From: a virus
Lineage: Duplodnaviria > Caudoviricetes
DNA: 58,251 bases
Direction: 5' to 3' (one strand)
IMG/VR virus record: IMGVR_UViG_3300044637_000534
Span: 1-58,251 of that record
Positions 1 through 7,592 of the stretch are shown here, in pieces. The position numbers and the translations under genes were made by a program. Position 1 is the stretch's first letter. Each line of letters begins with the position of its first letter. The notes below the pieces were generated by a model. The model was not told the origin of the DNA, did no database searches, and saw only the letters and a list, made by a program, of their open reading frames with translations.

Positions 1-184
1 TGAAGAGGAACCAGCCGTCGCGTGTGTATGGGTTGCCGTCGTCGTCCGTGCCGTCGTTCTCTACTTCGAGAAGTAACTCGTCGCCTCGAACCCGCAGGCT
101 GAGACGCTCGCCCTGATCTTCAACGCAGTCGAAATCATCATCGAGCACGGGCTCACGAACGAATGAAATGAATGGGTCGTCCAT
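1..184 (-). CDS. Acidic hypothetical protein, 3'-truncated by window edge (full copy at 57577..57816)
   Basis: MDDPFISFVREPVLDDDFDC..., preceded by GAGGAG. Confidence 0.65.
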   Translation of the reverse strand, partial: MDDPFISFVREPVLDDDFDCVEDQGERLSLRVRGDELLLEVENDGTDDDGNPYTRDGWFLF

Positions 185-186
185 CG

Positions 187-360
187 TCACTCCTCCTCGA
201 ACCAATCGAACAACGCAGCAGCGCGCACTTCGGAGCGCAGCATACCGAGCGAGAGGATAGACACGAGGTCGTCGTACAATCCGCACAGCGAGACGGTGAA
301 GTAGATCAGTTGGTATCGAAATGTTGGCAGGTCATTGAAGCGAGGGATGAATGGTCGCAT
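187..360 (-). CDS. 57-aa hypothetical protein (not in ORF track)
   Basis: MRPFIPRFNDLPTFRYQLIYFTVSLCGLYDDLVSILSLGMLRSEVRAAALFDWFEEE; RBS GGAGAG; frame preserved in the divergent right-end copy. Confidence 0.75.
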   Translation of the reverse strand: MRPFIPRFNDLPTFRYQLIYFTVSLCGLYDDLVSILSLGMLRSEVRAAALFDWFEEE

Positions 361-374
361 GTTACTCTCCGTGG

Positions 375-773
375 TTACGCTGCGATGGTGTGATGGTGGA
401 ATGGTGTGTTGTCATTGGCATCGTCGATCGTCTGGCGCATCTCGCGCAGATCGAACGTCATGACCTCGCGATCGTCGACGGGGCGGAGCTTACTGCCGAA
501 ATAGAGTTGGTTCTTCTTCGTGAAAAACGGACGACCGAACCCGAGCAGGTCGAACAAACCATTCAACCGATCCTTCGTGGTCGGCGTCGGATAGCCGCAG
601 AAGGACACACTCAGGATGTTGTCATTGCGTGTCCCATCTTCGTTGACGCGGGCGAACTCTGCGATGGGATGGTAGTGCAGGAAGAGCGTTCTGCCGTCGG
701 TGTGAGAACGAGCGGCACGAGCGGGCACGCCTTTGATGAAGGCTGAACAGATCTTGCGTGTTTCCTTACGCAT
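375..773 (-). CDS. Conserved-looking phage early protein (GYPTPTTKDRLNGL motif)
   Basis: Start MRKETRK after GGGGAGTAAC; frame preserved in the right-end copy. Confidence 0.8.
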   Translation of the reverse strand: MRKETRKICSAFIKGVPARAARSHTDGRTLFLHYHPIAEFARVNEDGTRNDNILSVSFCGYPTPTTKDRLNGLFDLLGFGRPFFTKKNQLYFGSKLRPVDDREVMTFDLREMRQTIDDANDNTPFHHHTIAA

Positions 774-786
774 GGAAGTTACTCCC

Positions 787-1011
787 CTAGTAATTGATGG
801 ATGAAGGCATTGGGTCGGGTTGCGGGCCGCGAGATGAGAGCGCGGTTGCATACGCGATGGCAGTTGAACGCTGCGCGAAAGACTGGCGGCGCAGCACGCG
901 ATCGGTGCGGGTGTCAATGGCTGACACCCACCATCCGTTGAGACCGGCACGCACATTGACAAGGATGCCGTCGACCAGGCGCGTCCAGATTACTTCGCCA
1001 GTTACGCTCAT
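787..1011 (-). CDS. Hypothetical protein
   Basis: ATGA-coupled to upstream small ORF; fits operon tiling. Confidence 0.65.
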   Translation of the reverse strand: MSVTGEVIWTRLVDGILVNVRAGLNGWWVSAIDTRTDRVLRRQSFAQRSTAIAYATALSSRGPQPDPMPSSINY

Positions 1012-1070
1012 CGTGCGTACTCGATGGCGAGGTAGAGGAAGAAGGCGAGGATGATGAAGCCTTCACGCAT
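1008..1070 (-). CDS. 20-aa hydrophobic micropeptide MREGFIILAFFLYLAIEYAR
   Basis: Exactly fills the gap between neighbours with overlapping start/stop; AGAAAG upstream. Confidence 0.45.
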   Translation of the reverse strand: MREGFIILAFFLYLAIEYAR

Positions 1071-1230
1071 GGCGCTTTCTCCGGTTACGTTTCGGAGTAA
1101 CGGGCACGGGAATGAAGATCGGCATGGGTGCGGGGAACACGAGTTCGCCGAGGCGCTCGCACTGTTCCTTGAAGTATCGATCGGCGACGGACTTGACGTC
1201 GTAGCGTGTGTTGGTGTTGCGGCGGGACAT
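1063..1230 (-). CDS. Basic hypothetical protein
   Basis: Start MSRRNTN after AGGAGTAACC. Confidence 0.65.
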   Translation of the reverse strand: MSRRNTNTRYDVKSVADRYFKEQCERLGELVFPAPMPIFIPVPVTPKRNRRKRHA

Positions 1231-1247
1231 GGTGGTTACTCCTGTAG

Positions 1248-1457
1248 TTATTTGGTGGGCTCGATGGTGAATACGAACACGTCCTCGCCGCGCATTGCGG
1301 CGCCGTCGTAGTGGTGCGGGTGCTGGAGATCTTCCTCCCATGCGAACACTTCGCCCGGCACGAGCTTGATCGCTTCTTCCAGCGTCTCAGCAGTGCCGAT
1401 CGTGATGCGCGCGGGCACGTTACCTGCGTATGCCATTTCCTGAACAACAAACGTCAT
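1248..1457 (-). CDS. Hypothetical protein
   Basis: RBS GAGGAGAGTAACC-ATG. Confidence 0.75.
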   Translation of the reverse strand: MTFVVQEMAYAGNVPARITIGTAETLEEAIKLVPGEVFAWEEDLQHPHHYDGAAMRGEDVFVFTIEPTK

Positions 1458-1468
1458 GGTTACTCTCC

Positions 1469-1633
1469 TCAGTAAAAGATGCGGTACGAGAAATTGCAGT
1501 CGATCGTCGCGGCATCGTCGCCGGGACCGTCATAGCAACCGTAGTAAACGATGGTCGCTTTGCCCTCGAAGTACTCGTCCGTGAGATCGAGGAAGAAAGC
1601 ATTGGTCGTGAGAACGTCGAGGAAGCGGTTCAT
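1469..1633 (-). CDS. 54-aa hypothetical protein (not in ORF track)
   Basis: MNRFLDVLTTNAFFLDLTDEYFEGKATIVYYGCYDGPGDDAATIDCNFSYRIFY; RBS GGGAGTAACCC-ATG. Confidence 0.7.
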   Translation of the reverse strand: MNRFLDVLTTNAFFLDLTDEYFEGKATIVYYGCYDGPGDDAATIDCNFSYRIFY

Positions 1634-1648
1634 GGGTTACTCCCGGAG

Positions 1649-1816
1649 TTAGAGCGATGCGGGGTCGATGGGCGTGTCGGCGAGCACGACGGCGATCAAG
1701 CCTGCATCGCGCTTGGATGGCTTGAAGTGCACGAGCGCGTGCATCTTCGCCTCATAGAGAGACGATGCTTCAAACTCGATGCGGCGTGACTTGAAGAACG
1801 CAATATAGGTACGCAT
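1649..1816 (-). CDS. 55-aa hypothetical protein
   Basis: MRTYIAFFKSRRIEFEASSLYEAK...; RBS AGGAGTAACC. Confidence 0.75.
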   Translation of the reverse strand: MRTYIAFFKSRRIEFEASSLYEAKMHALVHFKPSKRDAGLIAVVLADTPIDPASL

Positions 1817-1892
1817 GGCGGTTACTCCTGAAGTTATGGGGGGACGATCGCGCGGGTGAGTGCGCGCGTTGTGATGGTGTGATGGTGGAAGG

Positions 1893-1913
1893 CGGGGGGC
1901 GCTTGGCCCCCCG
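1893..1913 (-). terminator. GC hairpin downstream of 1926..2585 (terminator or processing stem)
   Basis: CGGGGGGC-GCTTG-GCCCCCCG; weak U-tract. Confidence 0.45.
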
Positions 1914-1925
1914 TTACTGTGAGAG

Positions 1926-2585
1926 TTACGCGGCGACCCCGAGCGAGGCGAGATGCGCGCGGGCCTTGGCGATCTCTGCGGCGCGGGCGAGCGTGGCGAT
2001 CTGCGCCTCGAGTGCAGACTTGGCGGCAGTCGCGCCTTCCAGTGCGATCGGGGTGTCGCTCTCTTCGTTGAGCTTGATCGCTGCCTCGACTGCCTTGAGT
2101 GCAGCCTTGAGCTGCTGCTCGATGGTGCGGGCCTTGGCTTCATCCTTAGCCATTGCCGCCTCGATCTCGTCGTCAGTCAGCGCATAGTCGGGTGACTTGA
2201 GCTGATTGCGGACGACCTGCAGATAGGCGTTGACGGCAGACTTACGGTCGACCTGCATGTTACCATAGATAGTAACCGCGCGACCGATCACGTCGACGGC
2301 ATCGACGGTTGTGAGCGCGCCGAACTCGATCGTCTTCTTGATCTCGCTCTTAGTCTTCTTGACGCTATCGGTCGTGCGATCGTGCACCGACTTCTTGCCT
2401 TGTGCCTCAATGAACGTGTTGACGATCATCTCGGCATCGTCGGGCGAGACGACGCCATCGGCTGCAGCGGAGACCGTGAGGACGATCATCTTGGGCCAGG
2501 CATCACCGCCTGCAGCCTTGTCGCCTGCGAGCTTCTTCGAGGCGGAGAGATAGTCGGAGAGGCGGTTGTCGTTGCGGATGGTCAT
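1926..2585 (-). CDS. Ala-rich alpha-helical early protein, unknown function
   Basis: 219-aa ORF, strong GC3 codon bias, GGAG RBS. Confidence 0.85.
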   Translation of the reverse strand: MTIRNDNRLSDYLSASKKLAGDKAAGGDAWPKMIVLTVSAAADGVVSPDDAEMIVNTFIEAQGKKSVHDRTTDSVKKTKSEIKKTIEFGALTTVDAVDVIGRAVTIYGNMQVDRKSAVNAYLQVVRNQLKSPDYALTDDEIEAAMAKDEAKARTIEQQLKAALKAVEAAIKLNEESDTPIALEGATAAKSALEAQIATLARAAEIAKARAHLASLGVAA

Positions 2586-2700
2586 AGTGGTATCTCCATA
2601 GGGTTGGGACCGGCAGTCTTGCCGGGTGTGGTTGCAGTGTAGTTTCAGGGTGTGGGTTACTCTGGAAGTTACAGCAAAGTAACAAAGAGCTCGCGGGAGC

Positions 2701-2845
2701 TAATTCTAATTCTAAATGTTTTTTTTGAATGAACCTATAGAGGTGTGATGGTGTGATGGTTTTAGAATAAGGCATCACACGACCGGGGGGGTCGCGCGCG
2801 CGCGTGGGGGGTTATATTGTTTTTAGAATTAGAATTAGAATTAGA
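2701..2845. repeat. Inverted TTAGAA hexamer arrays flanking a (CG)n/G-run core; candidate replication origin
   Basis: TAATTCTAATTCTAAA at 2701-2716, TTTTAGAAT at 2760, (TTAGAA)x3+ at 2823-2845; AT-rich island. Confidence 0.6.
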
Positions 2846-2888
2846 TATAGAAGAGGCCCCATTGCGTGCGGGTAACACTCGCCCACCG

Positions 2889-3089
2889 TCAGAAGTGTTG
2901 GCGAAGAACACGGGCCATCGTCATGCCGGTCGGGATACGTTGAACCCTCACACCATCACACGATACCGGCGTGCGATCGTGTTCGATCGTGTAGAACGGC
3001 TTGGAATATTCCAGCGAGGCGAGCACGCGCGCCTGACGTTTGGCCTTCTCATATTTCGCTTGCAGGTTGCGGTTAACTTGTGAGCCCAT
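2889..3089 (-). CDS. Small basic hypothetical protein, first gene of leftward early operon
   Basis: 66 aa; AAAGGA RBS. Confidence 0.65.
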   Translation of the reverse strand: MGSQVNRNLQAKYEKAKRQARVLASLEYSKPFYTIEHDRTPVSCDGVRVQRIPTGMTMARVLRQHF

Positions 3090-3678
3090 GATGGTATCCT
3101 TTCGGTTACTTTGAGAGTTACAGGGTTAAATTGACAAACGGGAAAACAATTCTCCCGCGCAGGTCGCACTCCCGCGCGGGTTAAATGGTGTTATTCGGTT
3201 TAGGCGTTGAACCGAAAACCGTCCGGGGTATCGCTTGCCACCGGAGCGCCGCGCATCGTCGCATCGTCGTCGATGCTTTGCGCGGGAGCGATAGGCGCGG
3301 CTAATATCACTCGCGCTCGCTCACGTCCCCGATCGGCCCCTCGCGCTGTCGCGCGCCCCATGGCTCCCGGTTTTCGCGCGTCAGGTCCCCATGCGGTGCG
3401 CGGGTGCCGGGGTGCGATGGATCGCACGCTTGCGGCAATGGGCGCATGGGCGAGCGGGTGGAAAGCCCGCGACTGTTTCAGTAATTCCGTGGCACCGTCC
3501 TTTCGTTGGTGGGTTACACCATAGGGTCGGCGGTAACTCGGAAGTAACCGGACCCCCCACCCCGGAACGGACAGGGGGGGCGGGGGGAGGGGTGGCTCTT
3601 TTTTGGGTACCTTAAAAATATCCAGGACCTAAAAACCTTGATGTAACCTTCGTGATACTTCCGCTATACGCAGACATG

Positions 3679-3700
3679 AAAAAGGCCCCCGCAGGGGCCT
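3679..3700 (-). terminator. Rho-independent terminator
   Basis: AGGCCCC-CGCA-GGGGCCT preceded by an A-run on + (U-tract on -). Confidence 0.7.
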
Positions 3701-3750
3701 CAAACCAAAACACCATCACACCCTTGAACCCCACCACACCCCCGCTAAAC

Positions 3751-4006
3751 TCAGTGCACCAAAACTGCACCGGGTTCTTCGCAACCCATTGATGTTATGG
3801 TTGAAGTGGTCCCATGGGATCTGGGGTTAGCGTATGTCGACCCCCTGGTCGCAAGTCGCGGATAAATCACAAAAAATCGTTTGTTACCAATAAGATACCT
3901 TCGTCGAAGGAAGCGGGTTACATACGCTTGAGTTGACCTGCGGGAGGTCCTGATCCATCTTCAGTGCACCACCATCGCACCAGATCACAAGACACCTGGT
4001 GCAGTG
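3751..4006. other. Probable attP region
   Basis: Arm-type repeats TCAGTGCACCA at 3751-3761 and 3961-3971, ACTGCACC at 3764, inverted TGGTGCAGTG at 3997-4006; immediately upstream of integrase. Confidence 0.6.
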
Positions 4007-4036
4007 TAACCCACTGGAAACCCACGAAAACCACCC

Positions 4037-5089
4037 ATGGCCTCCATCTTCAAAGTCGCGTCAGGCAAGTGGCGCGTGCAGGTCCGTCGCAAGGGCCAGG
4101 CTCCCATCTCGGAGTATTTCACCTCCCACGCCGAAGCCGTCCGCTACGCGCGCGGGCTCGAAGTCGACTTCGATCGGCAGAAGCGCACCCCTGCCGGGGT
4201 GCGTACCACCTTCGCAACCGTGATCGACGCCTACACCAACAGCCTACGCCACAAGGTCGGCACGACCAAAGAGTGGAACCTTCAGATGCTGAAGGACAGG
4301 TTGGGGCATGTGCGGATCGACGAGCTGACCCAGGCGCGGGTGTCCGAGTTCCTCAAGCAGCGCGAGCGCGACGGGGCTGGACCCGTCACGAACATGCAGA
4401 CCTTTTCGTACCTTCGTACCGCACTGCGGTATGGCGGGGCGCACATCGAGGCGGGCGAGGCCATCGCCGAGGCGCTCACCCGGATGCAGCTCCTGTGGGA
4501 CGCGATGATGCACACCAAGCAGATCGCCCACTCCAAGCACCGCGACCGGCGTCCGACGGAGGAGGAGTTGGGCCATTTGATGGACCACTTCGACAGCCGC
4601 CCCCGGTCCAAGATGCCCATGACGGACATCATGCTCTTCGCGATCTGCACCGCGATGCGGCAGGGCGAGATCCTGCGCATCCGGTGGGAGGACTTCGACG
4701 CAGAGAAGCGCTTGATATTGGTCAGGGGGAGAAAAGACCCAACGCAAGCTGGTGGGCGCGACCAGAGCGTGCCCCTCTTGCGCGGTCATGTTCGGGTGGC
4801 CAACAAAGCGCAGGACCCGGTCGAAATCATGCTGCGTCAAATCAGCGCTAGACGCAGGTCAGGAGTTATTTTTCCGCATAGCAAGCCGACGGTCGTTAAC
4901 GCCTGGATACACGCGACCGATACCCTGAGAATAAATGACCTCACCTTCCATGACCTACGTCACGATGGGGTATCGAGGATGTTTGAAGCGGGTTATGATA
5001 TTCCGCAGGTCGCTGCTGTGTCCGGGCACAAAAGCTGGAAGAACCTCCAGCGCTATACAAATTTGCGACCGGAAAAGGTGCAGCGTTGA
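4037..5089 (+). CDS. int: Tyrosine recombinase / phage integrase
   Basis: N-terminal arm-binding GKWRVQVRRKG; catalytic R (TAMRQGE), K, HDLRH, SGH, Y (RYT). Confidence 0.95.
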   Translation: MASIFKVASGKWRVQVRRKGQAPISEYFTSHAEAVRYARGLEVDFDRQKRTPAGVRTTFATVIDAYTNSLRHKVGTTKEWNLQMLKDRLGHVRIDELTQARVSEFLKQRERDGAGPVTNMQTFSYLRTALRYGGAHIEAGEAIAEALTRMQLLWDAMMHTKQIAHSKHRDRRPTEEELGHLMDHFDSRPRSKMPMTDIMLFAICTAMRQGEILRIRWEDFDAEKRLILVRGRKDPTQAGGRDQSVPLLRGHVRVANKAQDPVEIMLRQISARRRSGVIFPHSKPTVVNAWIHATDTLRINDLTFHDLRHDGVSRMFEAGYDIPQVAAVSGHKSWKNLQRYTNLRPEKVQR

Positions 5090-5173
5090 AGTATGGCCTT
5101 TTACGGTCGAAAATGGTCTAGTTGACGCTCCCCGCGTCAGATGCATTTTCCACCATATCAACACTGAAGTGGG

Positions 5174-5410
5174 GTGGAGATGCTCGACGTGGAAACAGCG
5201 CTGTCTTCAACTTTGCGAAGCGAGCTGCAGATCTTTTCCGAGGATGAATTAGCGCACGTTCTGGTCATAAAATCCCAGACGCTGGCGACGTGGCGGGCCG
5301 AGAGTAGAGGTCCAGACTACGTCAAGCTGGGTAAAAGTATTTTCTATCGCAAGCAGGATGTCGTAACCTGGATCAACGAGAGTGTAGTGTTGACCAGGCG
5401 GGCGACTTGA
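5174..5410 (+). CDS. Excisionase/AlpA-like HTH protein
   Basis: TLATWR...GPDYVKLGKSIFYRKQDVVTWI pattern; follows int. Confidence 0.8.
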   Translation: MEMLDVETALSSTLRSELQIFSEDELAHVLVIKSQTLATWRAESRGPDYVKLGKSIFYRKQDVVTWINESVVLTRRAT

Positions 5411-5619
5411 GTTCGGAAGTCATTACCATCGAAGTAACCGAGTGGGACCAGATCGAAGCGTTGGAGAGGTGCATCTATAGCCTCACCAACGCGATGGAGA
5501 GCTGCGGAGACGAGGAGCTCGAGGGCCTGTTCCAGCACGACATTGCGTGTTTGCTTCTCCTGCGTGAGGAGCTCAAGGACGCGGTCGACTGCTACACAGA
5601 GCCGTCGCGCCCCAACTAG
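5407..5619 (+). CDS. Acidic hypothetical protein
   Basis: TTGA-coupled to the xis-like gene; ends at the terL stop. Confidence 0.55.
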   Translation: MSSEVITIEVTEWDQIEALERCIYSLTNAMESCGDEELEGLFQHDIACLLLLREELKDAVDCYTEPSRPN

Positions 5620-7016
5620 GTCCAGGCGGACGCTCCGATCTTCATTCTTGGCCCCGTTGAACGCCGTACTCCCATCAGTCGCGCCGCGATCATGCCGCTC
5701 ATCCCCCCGTGGGCGGCACTCGCTGCGTACTGAAGGGCGTCGGAGATGTGCGAGTAGTCGTTCTTGTCCGGCAGCGGACGGAGCTGGCCGGAGCGCGTCT
5801 TGGCGAACCGGTAGCCGCCTGCCATCGCACGCACGAGCGTCGGGCACCGGTGCTGGTCGAACAGCATCGCAGGTCCGCCGTCACGCTGGGCGAGAAGGAA
5901 GCTCTCCACCGCCCGCAGGCGGCTGTCGATCTTGTTGGTCGGCGCGGGGTAGCACATGAAACCCTCGCGCTTGAGAACGTCGAACGAGGTCTCCTCATAG
6001 GACGTGGAACGCTGCGTCCCCGCCGGGTCGCCGACAATGACGACGGGTCGGCCCATATACCGCTCTTGCATGAGCGCCGGTTTCAGTGCGCGTCTGACGT
6101 GGAGCTCGAGGCCAATATCCTCCGCGAGCACCTCCTCGAGCACGAGAAGTCGGCCCTTATGGTCCATCTGGCAGATGATCGAGCAGGGGTTGCGCCCGAA
6201 ATCCTGGCCGATGATGAGCGGGTGGACCATCACAGGATCGAGATGGTCAACGACATGGAACGCCTGCTTGAAGCTCTCGCGGTACACAGCGGAGCCTGAC
6301 GGGTCGGCGCCATACTGGGCGTGCACGTAGCGGCGCACCCAGTCCTCGCCGTTGGAGCGCGACAGGCGCTCGTAATACTCCCGGCCACCCGGCAGGTTCT
6401 CGATGTTCTCGGCGTCCTCGTCGAGACCGCCTGGCTGGATGAACACCTGCCAGTCGATCGGCACGTCCTGGTCCATCAGCTTCCACCAGTCGCTGCCGAT
6501 GGTGGGCATGTTGGTGTCGGCGATGATGCCGAACCAGGTCGGGCCCCCCTGGGCCTTCGAGGGGTAACGACCGCAGCGGCCTGCGATGGCGGGCACCAGG
6601 TCGACAGCAATTTCGATGCACTCCGAGATCCACGCGCCCGTGAGCTGCGAGGAGAGCAGGCGGCGCTGGTCCTCGACGTCTTCCAGCGGGATGAGCACCC
6701 ACTCGGAACGCACGTCGCCGATCGAGATGTAGATCGTGTTCTCGGAGACCTTGAAGGCGGCGATGCCCTCGAGCCAGGTGGTGACGTCCTTGAGGACGGT
6801 CATCTTCAACTGGGACAGCGTCTGGCGCAGGATGGCGAAGCGGGTGTGCCTCAGACCATCAGGCCCTGGAGCCTGCTCACACGCCCGACGGAAGAGCTCG
6901 AACAGGCAGGCGGTCGTCTTGCCCGAGCCCACCGGCCCGGCGATGAGGCGGAAGAACGCCTCCGACTTCATGAAACGGGCGCAGGTGGGCGGGGCCGTGA
7001 AATTGATTGTGGGCAT
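5616..7016 (-). CDS. terL: Terminase large subunit
   Basis: Walker A GPVGSGKT, Walker B-like WISE, coupling motif DTN, nuclease GQDFG and HISDALQY. Confidence 0.93.
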   Translation of the reverse strand: MPTINFTAPPTCARFMKSEAFFRLIAGPVGSGKTTACLFELFRRACEQAPGPDGLRHTRFAILRQTLSQLKMTVLKDVTTWLEGIAAFKVSENTIYISIGDVRSEWVLIPLEDVEDQRRLLSSQLTGAWISECIEIAVDLVPAIAGRCGRYPSKAQGGPTWFGIIADTNMPTIGSDWWKLMDQDVPIDWQVFIQPGGLDEDAENIENLPGGREYYERLSRSNGEDWVRRYVHAQYGADPSGSAVYRESFKQAFHVVDHLDPVMVHPLIIGQDFGRNPCSIICQMDHKGRLLVLEEVLAEDIGLELHVRRALKPALMQERYMGRPVVIVGDPAGTQRSTSYEETSFDVLKREGFMCYPAPTNKIDSRLRAVESFLLAQRDGGPAMLFDQHRCPTLVRAMAGGYRFAKTRSGQLRPLPDKNDYSHISDALQYAASAAHGGMSGMIAARLMGVRRSTGPRMKIGASAWT

Positions 7017-7495
7017 TACTCGATCTCTTCAGCGTCGATCACGACGGGGGGTAGCTGCTTCTCGAACCGGAGCGAGGCGTCCGCACCCAGGTTGATGGTG
7101 ACGGAGAACTTCTCGCCGAGGCTCTCGACACCGACGCCAGCCCTGGAGAAACCGGCCAGGTCCCTGGCCAGCTTGCCCGCCTCGATCTTGGCGTTGAGGC
7201 TCTCGGCCCGGTCGTGCATCCGGGTGTTCAGCTCGGGGAGCCACTCCTCGAGCATCGCTGCGGCCTTCAACTTCACACGCTCATGCGTGTTCAGCGTCCC
7301 ATGCCAGGACGAGGCTTCGCTCTCCAGGTAAGCGCGGAACCGGGGGTGTTCCTGGATCGCTTGCCATTGGTTTGGATCGATCTCATGGACTTTGAGTATT
7401 TCTTCGATGGGTCGGATGTCCATCGCGATTTCGCGAGCGATCTGCAAGAGTTTCAGCTCGGTTACATTGGCGTCGACTGTGGTCAGGGCAGTCAT
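7016..7495 (-). CDS. Putative terminase small subunit
   Basis: Directly upstream of and coupled to terL; helical with C-terminal FSVTINLG. Confidence 0.7.
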   Translation of the reverse strand: MTALTTVDANVTELKLLQIAREIAMDIRPIEEILKVHEIDPNQWQAIQEHPRFRAYLESEASSWHGTLNTHERVKLKAAAMLEEWLPELNTRMHDRAESLNAKIEAGKLARDLAGFSRAGVGVESLGEKFSVTINLGADASLRFEKQLPPVVIDAEEIE

Positions 7496-7592
7496 TTACA
7501 CTCCCGATACTGGGATCAATAGTTGTCAAGCGGGGGAAACATACTGTATTTAAGGTAGGTTCGTCGAGCTGGCGAACTCGCGGGACCATTTC

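Larger units (their letters stand above)
1..619 (+). repeat. Imperfect terminal direct repeat, left copy
   Basis: Colinear without indels to 57633..58251; about 41 mismatches by hand count, clustered in 229-493. Confidence 0.95.

Noticed and set aside
229-493. Diversity-generating retroelement TR/VR pair between the two terminal copies
   Set aside because: Mismatches include many G/C, G/T and C/G changes rather than adenine-specific ones, and no reverse transcriptase is encoded
3200-3524. ORFs 3200..3427 (-) and 3207..3524 (+)
   Set aside because: R/A/P-rich composition, no RBS; more consistent with non-coding structured sequence
2640-4030. CRISPR mini-array or tRNA in the long non-coding region
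   Set aside because: No regularly spaced 25-40 bp repeats with unique spacers and no cloverleaf or T-loop signature found by eye
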